Source of the DNA: Squalus acanthias
Taxonomy: Eukaryota
Direction of reading: 5' to 3'
Length of the DNA stretch: 64,000 nucleotides
Assembly (NCBI GenBank): GCA_030390025.1
Contig: CM059431.1
Location: 154,442,001-154,506,000, forward strand
Under the pieces are notes generated by a model, which was given only the letters and a program-made list of their open reading frames with translations, ran no database searches and was not told the DNA's origin. Made by a program: the position numbers and the translations under genes. Shown piece after piece: positions 12,674-26,775 of this stretch. Numbering within the stretch: position 1 is the stretch's first letter; each line of letters begins with the position of its first letter.

Positions 12674-13959
12674 TTATGTTTCATCTATGTTAGAATCGTA
12701 TATTGTTAAATGAGTCAAACGATTGACTGTTCAGACAGAGTGTATTCTGTGCAACCCAACGATATAAGCAGTACAAAACGCTGTACTGGTTTAACTTCAG
12801 TAGACAATCTGAAATTATTGTCCTGTGCCAGTGATTTGAAATACTCTTCTGAGATATCTCTGTGAAATTAATTTTTCATGAATTGTCAATGCATGCATTC
12901 TTAATAAGAGAACAGTACCTCATGGACTAACCGTGATATTTTAATGGCAGCCTTCTGTGCCCAAGTATCGTCAGCTGCTTCATCAATGACTTTCCTTCAA
13001 AAGTTCAGAGTTGGGGCTGTTCGGTAATGATTGCACAATGTTTAGTTCCGTTCGGAATTCCTCAGAAAATGAAGCAGTCCATGCCCGCACGCAGCATGAC
13101 CCGGACAACATCCAAGTTTGAGCCGATAAGTGACAGTTAACATTTATGCAACGTAAGATTGAGGTACTGGCTACTTGCAACTGGAGAAAGTCTTACCTAT
13201 TACCATTTACATTCAATGGCTTAACCATCAGCGATCTACCACCATGTGTGTCCCGATGATCACCACTAAAACCAACTTTGAGAAATTACTGCCAAACCTC
13301 TTGCAGTTAACGTTATTCCAGTAGCGAAGCAACTCGAAATGAGTAATTGAATAAGACAAATCATGCAGCGCAAGCAACACACGTCATCTTTACAGTCCAA
13401 TGGACAACCAGGTGTTAAGTCAAAACTGTTATAATAACATAACTCAAATCTTATGTGAATAAGTTAACTGACACATACGAATTTAACAGCATGGCATTTC
13501 CTACGATCACGGCCGAGATGTTCCGCCCATTCTCCATCAAAACGGCCGTGCGTTTCGAATTGGATAGAGCCATTGTCGGTGGCGTGGAATGAACAATTTC
13601 TGCTGAACATATCCAACTGGTTTTTTTCCATTCTACTTCTTGCTAAGCCCCACCCCTACCTCTGCCCAAAACTCAGGGACGTCAACACACCTAGCCTCTC
13701 CCGAGGATACATCCTGTCAACTCAGGAATGCCAAAATGTCGCATTTCATAAAATAACCCTGGTCTAATCTATGATGTTTATCTGCTCCCTTTCTCCAATA
13801 CCTCCTCACTTTGTTAACACAAATGTAAAGAGACATATTACTGTGAATAATGCTGGGAAGGTCAAGGTACAGTTTGTCTGAGTGTATGATATAATGATGT
13901 GTTCGACGTGGCTTCTATAAGGGCAGGATTGCGAGATGAATTGTGATCTGTTACCTGAC

Positions 13960-16206
13960 TCAGAGACTAAGGTCCTGAATTTAAACAAGGGGGATTATGA
14001 TGCCATTAGACGGGAACTGAGTAGGTCTGATTGGACAACGTAACTGGGAGGACTGGAGGTAGATAAACAATGGCAAGCATTTAAAGATAGAATGACAAAA
14101 TTGCAAAAATTGTTCATACCAAACTGGCATAAAAGGAAATCTAAAAAGGTGACTCAACCGTGGATAACAGTGGAAATTAGAGACAGCATAAAATCCAAAG
14201 ATAGGGCGTATAAAATAGCCATAAAAAGCGCCAGAGCGGAAGATTGGGAACAGTTTAAGATAGAGCAAAGGAGGACAAAGGGCTTAATCAAGAGGGGCAA
14301 AATAGCTTACGAAAGCAAGCTGGCGGAAAATATAAAAACTAACTCCAAAAGCTTTTATAAGTATATCAAGAGGAAAAGACTGGAGAAAACCAAAGTTGGT
14401 CCATTGCAGTCAGATACGGGGGAATATATAACGGGAAATAAGGAAATGGCAGACCAACTAAATGCATACTTTGGGTCAGTCTTTACGAAGGAAGACACAA
14501 AAAACCTCCCTGGGATATCGGGAAAAATAGGGACATTGGCAAAGGAGGAACTGACGCAAATCAACATCTCTAAGGATATGGTGTTAAGGAAGCCAAAGGA
14601 ATTGAAGGCGGACAAATCCCCAGGGCCTGATAACATGCATCCTAGGGTACTGAAGGAGGTGGCCCTAGAGATAGCGGATGCACTAAGTATGATTTTTCAG
14701 AATTCATTAGACTCGGGAACAGAGCCCATGGATTGGAGGGTAGCTAACGTTACCCCACTATTCCAAAAGGGGGGTAGGGAAAAAGCTGGTAATTACAGAC
14801 CTGTAAGCCTTACATCATTTGTGGGCAAAATGCTGGAGTCCATCATTAAGGATGAAATAGCGGAGCACTTAGCAAATGGGGACAGGATAGGACAGAGTCA
14901 ACATGGATTTACAAAGGGTAAATCGTGCTTGACTAATCTATTGGAATTATTTGAGGGAGTAACTGGTAAAATAGATGGGGGAGAGCCAGTAGATGTGCTG
15001 TACCTGGACTTCCAAAAGGCCTTCGATAAGGTCCCACATAAAAGATTAGCATGGAAAATTGAAGCTCATGGGATAAAGGGGAAAGTATTGACGTGGATAG
15101 AGAACTGGCTGTCAGATAGAAAACAGAGAGTTGGAATAAACGGCTCATTTTCTGAATGGCAGGCAGTAACAAGTGGGGTACCACAGGGATCTGTCCTGGG
15201 TCCCCAGCTGTTCACAATTTACATTAATGACCTGGATGAGGGAGTCGGATGAAGCATTTCCAAATTTGCAGACGACACTAAACTAGGAGGGGGGGTGGGC
15301 TCAGAGGAGGAGACCAGGAAGCTCCAGAGCGATTTGGACAGACTGGGTGATTGGGCGGATAAATGGCAGATGCACTATAATGTGGACAAGTGCGAAGTTA
15401 TCCACCTTGCGTGCAGGAACGGGAGGGCAAATTATTATTTAAATGGCAATAAATTGGGAGAGGGGGAAGTACAGAGAGACCTGGGTGTTCTTGTACACCA
15501 GTCACTGAGGGCGAGCATGCAGGTGCAACAGGCGGTCAAGAAGGCAAACGGTATGCTGGCCTTCATAGCAAAAGGGTTGGAATACAGGAACAGGGATAAC
15601 TTGCTGCAGCTGTACAGGGCACTGGTGAGACCACACCTCGAGTACTGTGTACAGTTTTGGTCGCCTCATCTGAGGAAAGATGTTCTTGCCATGGATGGGG
15701 TGCAGCGGCGATTCACCAGGCTGATACCAGGAATGGCGGGATTGACCTATGAGGAGAGACTATGTAGTTTAGGGATGTACACACTGGAGTTTAGAAGATT
15801 GAGAGGGGACCTCATAGAAGTGTATAAAATTCTGACAGGTCTAGACAGACTAGATGCAGAAGGAATGTTTCCCTTGGCGGGTGAGAACAGAACGAGAGGA
15901 CATAATTTAAGGATAAGGTCTAAGCCATTTAGGACAGAAATGAGGGGGAATTTCTTCACTCAGAGGGTGGTGAACCTGTGGAACTCATTGCCACAGAGGG
16001 CAGTGTACGCCAGCTCATTAAATATATTTAAGAGGGAATTAGATATATTTCTACAGGCAAAAGGGGTTAAGGGTTACGGAGAGAAGGCGGGGACGGGATA
16101 CTGAATTGGAGGATCAGCCATGATCTCATTAAATGGCGGAGCAGGCTCGAAGGGCCGGATGGCCTACTCCTGCTCCTATCTTCTATGTATCTATGTATCT
16201 ATGTAT
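13960..16206 (+). mobile_element. Young 5'-truncated CR1 LINE (RT and C-terminus of ORF2)
   Basis: ORFs 14092-15252 and 15295-16104 are in the same frame, separated by one TGA just before SISKFADDTK; (ctatgtat)n tail. Confidence 0.96.
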
Positions 16207-18950
16207 CCCTTGAAAACTTTAGATTCAATAAATATATCTAACTCATTCTTGAATATATTTAATGACTTGGCCTCAACTACCTTCTGTGGTTGATAATTCC
16301 ACAGGTTCACCACTCTCTGGGTGAAGAAATTCCCCTTTATTTCGATCCTAAATGGCTTACCCCTTATCCTTAGATTATGACCCCTGGTTCTGGACTCCCC
16401 GACCATCGGGAAAATTCTTCCTGCATCTAGTTTGTCCAGACCTGTTAGAATTTTATGTTTCGATGAGATCCCCTCTCATTCTTCTATACTCCAGCGAGTA
16501 AAAGCCCAATCGAACGAATCTCTCTTCATATGTCATTCCTGCCATCTCACGTATCAGACTTGTGAATCTTCGCTGAACACCCTCCATGGCAAGAACATCT
16601 TTCCTCAGATAACGTGAGCAAAACTGCACACAATACTCAAGTTGTGGTCTCACCAAGGCCCTGTACAACTGCAGCAGGACATCTCTGTTCCTGTACTCAA
16701 AGCCTTTCGCTATTAAGGCCAACATACCATTTACCTTCTTCACCGCCTTCTGCATATGCATGCTTACCTTCAGCGACTGGTGCAAAAGGACACCCAGGTC
16801 TCGTTACACTTCCCCTTCTCCCAATTTACTGCCATTCAGATAATAGTCTGCCTTTCTGTTTTTGACACCAAAGTGGATAAACTCACATTTATCCACGTTA
16901 TATTGCATCTGCCACGCTTCTGCCCACTCACCCAACCTGTCCAAATCATCCAGGAGTTTCTCGGTATCCTCCTCGCAGCACACACTCCCACCCAGCTTTG
17001 TGTCATCAGCAAACTTGGAGATATTACATTTAGTTCACTTTTCTAGATCATTAATGTATATTGTGAATAGCTGGGGTCCAAGGACCGATCCCTGCGGTAC
17101 CCCACGAGTCACTGCTTGCCACTCGGAAAAAGACCCATTAATTCCTACTCTTTGCATTCTGTCTGCCAACCAGTTCTCTCTGCAAATCAATACATTGCCC
17201 CAAATCCCATGTGCCTTATCTTTACACGCTGATCTCAATTGCAGGACCTTATCGAAAGCCTTTTGAATGTCAAAATTCACCACATCTACCCTTATCTATT
17301 TTCGCAGTCCTATCCTCAATAAATTCCAGTAGATTAGTCAAGCACGATTTACCTTTTGTAAATCCATGTTGACTTTGTCCGATCCTGTCACTGTTTTTCA
17401 AGTGCTCAGCTATTACATCCTTTATAATGGACTCAAACATTTTTCCCCACTACCGATGTCAGGCTAACCGGTCTGTAATTCCCTGCTTTCTCCTTACCAC
17501 CCTTTTTGAATAGTGGGGTAACATTAGCTACCCTCCAATCCATGGGTACAGTTCCAGATTCCATCGAATGTTGGAAGATGATCAGCAATGCATCTACTAT
17601 TTCTAGGGCCACTTGCTTATGTACCCTAGGATGTAGATTATCAGGCCCTGGGGATTTATCGACATTCAATCCCGTCAATTTCCCGAACAACATTTCCCTG
17701 CAAATATTGATTTATTTCAGTTCCTCCCTTTCATCAGACCGTATGTTCTCCAACATCTCTGGGGGGTTATTTCTGTCCTCATTTGTGAAGACAGAACCAA
17801 AGTATGCATTTGATTGGTCTGCTATTTCTTTGTTCCCCATTATAACTTCCCCCGCTTCAGACTGCAAGGGACCTACACTTGATTTCACTAATCTTTTTCT
17901 CTTCACATATGTATAAAAACTTTTACAGACAGTTTTTATGTTCCCAGCAAGCTTACTTTCATATTCTATTGACCCCTTCTTAATTAATCCCATTGTCCTC
18001 CTTTGCTGAATCCTAAACTGCTCCCAATCCTCAGGGTTACCGCTTTTTCTGGCCAATTTATATGCCCACTCCTTTGATCTTATGCTATCCCTAATTTCCC
18101 TTGTTAGCCACGGCTGAGTCACCCTTTTGGTTTTATTCTTATGCCACACTGGGTTGAACATATTCTGTATTTCATCCATGCAGTCTTTGAATGATTGCCA
18201 TTGCCTATCCACCGTCAACCCTTTGAGTGACATTCCCCAATCAATCCTACCTTTTTCGCGCCTCATAGCATCGTAGTTTCCTTTATTTAAATTCGGGAGC
18301 ATAGTCTCTGATTCAACTACTTCACTCTCCATCCTAATGCAGATATTCTAACATATTATGAACACTCTGACCAAAGGGGCCTCGTACAACAAGTTTGCTA
18401 ATTAATCCTTTTGTCGTTACATAATACCCAGTCTAAGATGGCCTGATCTCTGGTTAGTCCATCGACATATTGTTCCAGAATACAATCCCATAAACATTCT
18501 ATGAATTCCTCATCCACAGTATTTTTACTAATTGGCTTAGCCCAATTTATATGTAAATTAAAGTCACCCATGATGACTGTCGTGCCCTTACTGCATGCTT
18601 CTCTAATTTCCCTTTTAATGCCATCTCCAACCTCCGTATTACTTTTTGGAGGTCTATATACCACTCCCACTAACTTTTTCTGCCCCTTGTTATTTCTCAG
18701 TTCTACCCATACAGATTCTGCATCATCTGAGCTAATATCCTTCCTTTCAAGTTTGTTAATCCCCTCTTTAATCAGCAATGCTACCCCACCCCCCTTTCTT
18801 TTTTGCCTATCTTTCCTAAATTTTGAATAACCCTGGATGTTCAGTTCCCAGCCATAGGCACCCTGGAGCCATGTTTCTGTAATCCCAATCAAATCGCATT
18901 CATTTAACTCTATTTGCGCAGCTAATTCATCCACCTTGTTCCGAATGCTC
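16207..18950 (-). mobile_element. CR1 LINE ORF2 (APE + RT), decayed, lacking ORF1 and the 3' tail; same subfamily as 7246-12370
   Basis: ORFs 18398-18952 (SIRNKVDEL...GITETW), 17712-18332, 17035-17283, 16453-16785. Confidence 0.95.
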
Positions 18951-19540
18951 AAAGCATATCTTTTCTATCTCTGTAACCTTTTCCAATCCTACAAACGTCC
19001 GAGATCCAGTCGCTGACCCAATTCTTACCTCTTGTACATCCCCCATTTCCATCGCTCCACCATTGAAGGCCTTGCCTTAAGCGGATTTGACCCTAAACTC
19101 TGGAATTCACACCCGAAACCACTATGAATCTCTATCTCTCTCTTTTCTAAGACTCTCTTTAAATCTACTCTATGACCAAGATTTGGTCACCTGTCCTAAA
19201 ATCTTCCTCTGATGCTTGGTGTTACTTTTTGCTTTATAACACTCCCTTTGCAACGCTTTGGGTCGTTTTACTGCGCTAGTTCTGTTGTTTCTACTTAATT
19301 CTCATTGCAGACACGCCTCCTGTCTGACTAATGGCATATCTTCCTTTTATTCGCTTATGGGATCTGTGCGTCGCTGGCAAATACAGCATTTATTGCTCAT
19401 CCCTTTTTTGTTTTCTGCATTAACTCCCGATTCTGAGCGTTTCATCTCTCTCCTAAGGAAAGTAGAAATAGAAAAGACGTTTCATATCCGAGTATGTACA
19501 TTACTTCTATATAGATGATTGCAAATATCATTCTTGTTAG

Positions 19541-19738
19541 GAAATCAGATCCCTAGATGAATGTCACCGCAGAAGCGATGCATCCCAACTCATTTTCGAT
19601 AACTTGCTTGAAAAGGAGCTCGGGGAGAAAGAACAATGTGGAACATATTGCTTCAACTTCAGAACACCAAATCCAAGGTGAAAATGACATTGTCAGAGAT
19701 AGAGAAAAGATGTAAAGAGGGAGAAAGTGATCTAGAAT
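19541..19738 (+). pseudogene. NLR gene 1, death-fold-like exon A2 (-1 frameshift)
   Basis: Paralog of 6099-6297 with the same ttgttag acceptor; aaaaggagct versus aaaagggagct. Confidence 0.72.
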
Positions 19739-20813
19739 GTTAGGAGTATCCAAATCTAATTTTCCATTAGTATAACAACGTTTTATTTAAGATGATTACT
19801 ATTTTTAATTCGTTTATGTGATGTGGGCGTCGCAGCCAAGGCGAGCATTTATTACCCATCCCTAGTTGCCCTTGAGAAGGTGGTGGTTCGCCGCTTTCCT
19901 GAAACACTGCAGTCCATGTGGTGAATGTTCTCCCACAATGCTTTTGGGGAGGCAGTGCCATGCGTTTGACAAAGCGTCATTGAAGGAACGGCGATATGCT
20001 TCCAAGAGAGGATGTCGTGTATCTTGGAGGGGAATTTGGAAGTGGTGGTGTTCCCAGGCGCCTGATACTCTTGACCTTCTAGTTGGTAGAGTTTGCGGGT
20101 TTCAGAGCTACTGGCGAAGTCGCATTGACGAGTTTCGCAGTGCATCTTGTAGATGGTCCACTCTGCAGCCACTGTGTGGTAGTGGGGAAAGGACTGGATG
20201 CTACGAATTTATACCGTCTTGTGTGAGCTTTATACTCGATTCCTTGAACGACCTTTGGCACTGCCCGTTATACATTTCAGCTTGGACAGAGCTCCACTAC
20301 TCCTATGCAAATTCACCTTTTATTCCACGGATCCGTGATGCCCTCATTAACTGACCTACTTTGATTCCTTAAACCACGTTGATCATTTGTGAAAGGCTCC
20401 TACTCATCCTCAAATCTCTCGCCTACCTTATCTGTAAAGTCGTCTTCACCTCCCCTCTTTTGCACTACCAGTCCCTCCTATCCCTCCTATCCCTTGCTGT
20501 ACCAGTTCATCAGCTCCGAACTCCAGACATAGAACTCATCCACACCGACTGGAACTCAGCTCCTATGAGCTTACATCTCTGTACTTCTTACTTATTTAAA
20601 CAACGACCACACTTACACAGGCCTGGGTCGTTTCTCTTCACTCCAGCTGAACAGTCAGCGTTAATTCTGAATACCAGCTCTGTAAGGAACCATTAACAGT
20701 CTTCACTGCTTGAAAGACTCTCTAAAGAACTTCTGTCGCGATGGCCGTTAGTTCAGAGTATTCACTTGTTCCGTAGCATTTATGTTAATCTGTTCTCATT
20801 TACACCTTCACAG

Positions 20814-20984
20814 AAAATGCAGATACTGAAATATTACCATGGTTGGCGAGCTACACAGATTTCCAGCTGCGCAGAGTTATCGTTTGCTATCGTCAGAGAC
20901 GAGAACAGTCAATTGAAGAGGTAGTGCAGTGCGTCAGTCAGTCGCTCTGTAGATGCAAACGTGCTAACTGAAACAAATCATAAG
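20814..20984 (+). pseudogene. NLR gene 1, death-fold-like exon B2 (+1 frameshift)
   Basis: cacag acceptor and AAG|gtaagt donor; NADTEILPWLASYTDFQLRRVIVCYRQRREQSIEEVVQCVSQSL then an extra base; 171 nt versus 170 nt for B1. Confidence 0.75.
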
Positions 20985-21031
20985 GTAAGTTTCATCTATG
21001 TTAGAAAAATGACTCAAACGATTGACTGTTT

Positions 21032-24000
21032 ATGGTCATAGAGTCATAGCGTCATAGAGTTGTACACAACAGAAAGAGGTCCTTCGGCCCATCGTGTCCG
21101 GCGCCGGCCATCAATCCCTGTCAATTCTGATTCCATTTTCCAGCACTTGGTCCGTAGCCTTGTATGCTATGGCGTTTCAAGTGCACATCTAAATGCTTCT
21201 TGAATGTTGTGAGGGTTCCTGCCTCTACCACCCTTGCAGGCAGTGAGTTCCAGACTCCAACTACCCTCTGGGTGAAAAAGTTTTTCCTCAATACCCCTCT
21301 AAACCTCCTGCCCCTTACCTGGAATTTGTGGCCCCTTGTAATTGACCCCTCTACTAAGGGGAAAAGTTCATTTCTATCTACTGTATCTATGCCCCTCATA
21401 ATTTTGTACACCTCAATCACGTCCCCCCTCAGCCTTCTCTGCTCTAAGGAAAACAACCCCAGCCTGTCCAGTCTCTCTTCATAGCTGTAGCGCAGCTACC
21501 CAGGTAACATCCTGGTGAATCTCCTCTGCACCCTCTCCAATGCAATCACATCCTTCCTATAGTGTGGCGACCATAAGTGCCCACAGTATTCCAGCTGTGG
21601 CCTAACTGGCGCTTTGTACAGCTCCATCATAACCTCCCTGCTCTTATATTCTATGCCTCGGCTAATGAAAGCAAGTATCCCATATGCCTTCTTAACCACC
21701 TTATCTACCTGTCCTGCCTGCCTTCATGGATCTATGTACATGCACACGAAGGTTCCACTGACCTCTGTCCTTCCTCTGGTCCTACCATTCATTGTGTATT
21801 CCCTTGCCTTGTTAGTCCTCCAAAAATGCATCACCTCACACATTTCAGAATTAAATTACATTTACCATTGCTCTGCCCATCTGACCAACCCGTCCATATC
21901 GTCCTGTAGCCTGAGGTTTCCCTCCTCGCTATTTACCAACCCACCAATTTTCGTGTCATCTGCGAACTTACTGATCATACCTCCTACATTCATATCTAAA
22001 TCATTAATGTACACTACACACAGCAAGGGACCCAGCACTGATCCATGCGATTCACCACTGTACACAGGCTTCCAGTCACAAAATCAACCTTCGACCATCA
22101 CCCTCTGCCTCCTGCCACTGAGCCAGATTTGGATCTAATGTGCCAAATTGCCCTGGATCACATGGGCTCTTACCTTCTTGATCAGGCTCCCATGAGGGAC
22201 TGTGTCAAAAACCTTACTGAAGTCCATGAAGCCACATCAACTGCACTGCCCTGATCCACACACCTGGTCACCCCCTCGAAAAATTCAATCAGATTGGTCA
22301 GACATGATCTCCCCCTGACAAAGCAATACTGACTTTCCTTGTTTAATCCTTGCCTCTCCAAGTGGAGACTAATTCTGTCCCTCAGAATTTTTCCAATATT
22401 TTCCCTACCACTGATGTTAGGCTCACTTGTCTATAATTCCCTGGTTGATCCTTACTACCATTCTTGAATAATGGTACTACGTTAGCTGCTCTCCCATCCT
22501 CTGGCACCACCCCTGTGGCCAGAGAGGTTCTGAAAATTTATGTCATAGCCCATGCAATCTCATCCCTTGCCTCACAGAGCAGCCTAGGATGCTTCTCGTC
22601 TGGGCCTGGGGATTTTTCCACTTTTAAGGCCGCTAAAACCTCTAGTACCTCCTTCTCCTTAATACTAATTTGTTCAAGTATATCACAATCCCACTGTCTG
22701 ATTTATATGCCTACATTGTCCTTCTCCATAGTGAACACAGATGCAAAATATTCATTTAATACCCCACCTACATCTTCTGGCTCTACACACAGATTGCCAC
22801 TTTGGTTCTCATGGGCCCTACTCTTTCCCTGGTTATCCTCTTGACCTTAATATACATATAAAACATCTTAGGATTTTCCTTTATTTTGCCCACCGGTGTT
22901 ATTTCATGCCCCCTCTTCGCTCTCCTAATTTCTTTTTTAAATACCCCCCTGAACGTTCTATACTACTCTAGGGCTTCCACTGTCTTTAGTCCTTTGTATC
23001 TTCCAAAAGCCTCCCTTTTTTCCTACTTCATTCTCGTATATCACTTGACATCCAGGGTTCACTTGGCTTGTTGGTCCCACCCTTGACCTTTACGGGAACA
23101 TGTTGCCGTTGTACTCCCTCTATTTCCTTTCTGAAAGACTTCCACTGTTCCGATGTGGATTTTCCTACAAGTAGCTGATCCCAGTCCACTTTGACCAGAT
23201 CCTGCCTTATCATATTAAAATCGGCCTTCCCCTAATTTAGAATCTTTATTTCCGGTACATCTTTGTCCTTTTCCATGACTACCTTAAATCTCACTGAATT
23301 ATGGTCACTGTTACCAAAATGCTCTCCTACTAACACTTCTACCACTTGCCCAGCTACATTCCCTAGAATTAGGTCCAGTACCGCCCCCTCTCTTGTAGGA
23401 CTTTGTACATGCTTTCTCAAAATGCTCTCCTGGATGCACTTTAAAAGTTTTGCACCCTGTAAGCCTTTCACACTCTGAGAATCCCAGTTAATATTGGGGA
23501 ATTTGAAATCCCCTTCTATTATTACCTATTATTTCTACACATCTATGAGATTTGCCTACATATCTGTTCCTCTATCTCCCTCTGACTGTTTGGGGGCCCA
23601 AGTTGCACTCCCAGCAAAGTGCTTGCCCACTTTTTGTTTTTAAGTTCCACCCGTATGGCCTCATTAGAGGAACCTGCTAAGATATCTTCCCTCCTTACGG
23701 CAGTAATTGACACCTTGATTAATTTTGCGACACCCCCTCCACTTTTACTCCTCCCGCTCTGTCTCGCCTGAAGATTCTATACCCCGAAATATTGAGCTGC
23801 CAGTCCTGCCCCTCCCTCAACCATGTCTCTGTGATAGCAACAATATCGTACTCCCATGTGTTCATCAACACCTTCATTTCATCTACCTAAATCGCAAGAC
23901 TCCTTGCATTAAATTCAATGCCATCCAGCCTTGCCATACTCAATTGTGCCGTTACATATTTGCTCTGCCTTTCAGGCTGACTTGTTTTTTCCTCGATAGT

Positions 24001-24999
24001 TGGCTGTGCATCACTCCCTACTATCCTTCCACTCCTTATCCCATCCGCCAGCCAAGTTAGTTTAACCCCCCACCCTCCTCCCCCCACCAACTGTATTGGT
24101 TATCTCCCCGCAATGATGTTGGTCCCGTTCCAGTTCAGGTGCTACTCGTCAGACTTGTACAGGTCCCACCTTCCCCAGAAGCAGACCCAGTGATCCAGGA
24201 AACTAAAGCCCTCATTCCTGCACCAACTCTTCAGCCACGCATTCATCTGCTCTATCGTCCTATTCCTATACTCACTAGCACGTGGCACCGGGAGAAATCC
24301 CGAGATTACTACTTTGAGGTCCTGCTTTTTAATCTGCAACCTATCTCCCTAATATCTTGTTGCAGCACCTCATCCCTCTTTCTGCCCATGTCGTTGATAC
24401 CAATGTGAACCAGGACCTCTGACTGTTCGCCCTCCCCCTTCAGAATGCCCTGCAGCCGTTCAGTGACATCCTTGACCCTGGCACCTGGGAGGCAACAGAC
24501 CATCCTGGAGTCACGTCTGCGGCCACAGAAACGTCTAGCTGTTCCACTTACAATAGAATCCCCTATCAATATTGCTCTCCCACTATTTTTCCTACCCTCC
24601 TGTGCAGCTGAGCCACTCGTAGTGCCACGGACTTGGCTCTTGCTGCAATCCCCTGAGAAACCACCTCACCCAACAGTATTCAAAACGGAAAATGTGTCGG
24701 AGAGGTAGATGGACCCAGGGGACCTCTGCACTACCTTCCTAGTTCGTTTACCCTGTCTGATGGTCACCCATTCCCTGTCTGCCTGTGCACTCTTTACCTG
24801 CGGTGTGACCACCTTGTTAAACGTGCTATCCAAGAAGATCTCTGCTTCGCGGATGCTCCACAGTGACTCCAGCCGCAGCTCCAGCTCCGAAACGCGGATT
24901 TCGAGTAGCTGCAGCTGGAGACACTTCATGCACATGTGTTCGCCCTGGACACCTAAAGTGTCCCTGACTTCCAACAAAGCACAGGAGGAGCACTCCACG
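21032..24999 (-). mobile_element. CR1 LINE truncated at the start of ORF1; duplicate of the insertion at 1-3028
   Basis: 3' tail at 21032, RT, APE and ORF1 remnants; TSD ctgttt at 21026-21031 and 25000-25005; same 5' truncation (gagcactccacg) as 1-3028. Confidence 0.95.
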
Positions 25000-26775
25000 C
25001 TGTTTCGACAGAGATTATTCTGTGCAAACCAACGATATAAGCAGTACTGGTTTAACTTCAGTAGACAATCTTAAATTAATGATCTGTGCCGGTGATTTGA
25101 AATACTCTTCTGAGATTTCACTGTTGAATTGATTTTTCATGAATTGTCAATGCATGCATTCATAATAAGAGAACAGTACCTCATGGACGAACCGTGATTT
25201 TTTAATGGCAGCCTTCTGTGCCCAAGTATCGTGAGCTGCTTCATCAATGACCTTCCTTCAAAAGGTCAGAGTTGGGTCTATTCGCTAATGATTGCACAAT
25301 GTTTAGATCCTTTTGCAATTCCTCAGAAAATGAAGCAATCCATGCCCGCACGCAGCATGACCCGGACAACATCCACGTTTGGGCCGATATGTGACAGGTA
25401 ACATTTATGCCACGTAAGTATCAGGTGCTGGCTCCTTGCAACTAGAAAAGTCTCACCTATTCCCATTGACATTCAATGGCTTTACCATCGGCCTTCTACC
25501 ACCATGAGTGTACCGGGGATCACCACTAAAACCAGCTTTGAGAATTTACTGCCAAACCTCTTGCAGTTAACGTTATTCCAGTAGCCAAGCCCGTCGAAAT
25601 GAGGATTTGAATAAGACAAAAAATGCAGCGCCAGCAACACACAGCATCATTACAGTCCAATGGAAAACCAGGTGTTAAGTCAAAACTGTTATAATCACAT
25701 AATCCAAATCTCATGTGAATAATTAACTGACACATCCGAACTTCACAGTATGACATTTCCTACGATCACGGCCGAGATGCTCTGCCATTCTCCATCAAAA
25801 CGGCCGTGCGTTTCGAATTGGATTGAGCCATTGCCGGTGGCGCGGACTGAACAATTTCTGCTGAACATATCTAATTAGTTTCTTCCATTCTACTTCTTGC
25901 TAAGTCCCACCCCTACCTCGACCCAAAACTCAGGGACGTCAACACACCTAGCGTCTCCCGAGGCCACATCCTCTCACATCAGTAATGCCATAATGTCGCA
26001 TTTCATAAAATAACTCTAGTCTAATCTATGATGTTTATCTGCTCCCTTCGTCCAATACGTCCTCACTTATGTAACACAAATGTAAAGAGACATAGTACCG
26101 TGAATATAGCTGGGAAGTTCAAGGTACATTTTGTCTGAGGGTATGATATAATGGTGTGATAGACATAGCTTATATAAGGGCATGATTGAGAGATGAATTG
26201 TTCTCTGTTACCTGAAGATCATGGTAAATTAAGTTGGATGCAAATAGGGAGCATTCATCAAGAACAGATTCAGTTGCAGAATTGGATCTTCAGGAATGAT
26301 AAAAGGAATGATTCAAAAGACAAATTTATAAGTTAGGGGTAACACCATCATAACATAACTCTTTGTCGATAAGTCGTTCATTGTCTTACACAAAATAATG
26401 GAAAAGTGATGGAAGAAGAGTTATATAGACAAATTGGAGATAATGCAGCAATAACAGTAACAGTGATTGGTGACGATAAATATCCAACGTACAAAAGTAA
26501 CCTAAGTGGGGAAGGGAGGCCGTGGTGTCTGAAGATGTCCAGGGCATTATGCAGCTGGCTACAATTTCAACCGGCAAGAAAGGATTGAGCATTTCATCTA
26601 TTTCTAGAAATGGGCAGGGGCTAGTCGTTGAGGTAAGGGTAGTGAAACTTCTACCAATGTTATTGTTCATATGTTCATATGTTAGTATTCATATGAATTA
26701 TGAAATGTTTCGTTACAATCAAAACAATAAATATGTTAAAGGTAATAAATCTAATTTCAACGTGGCTGACATATT

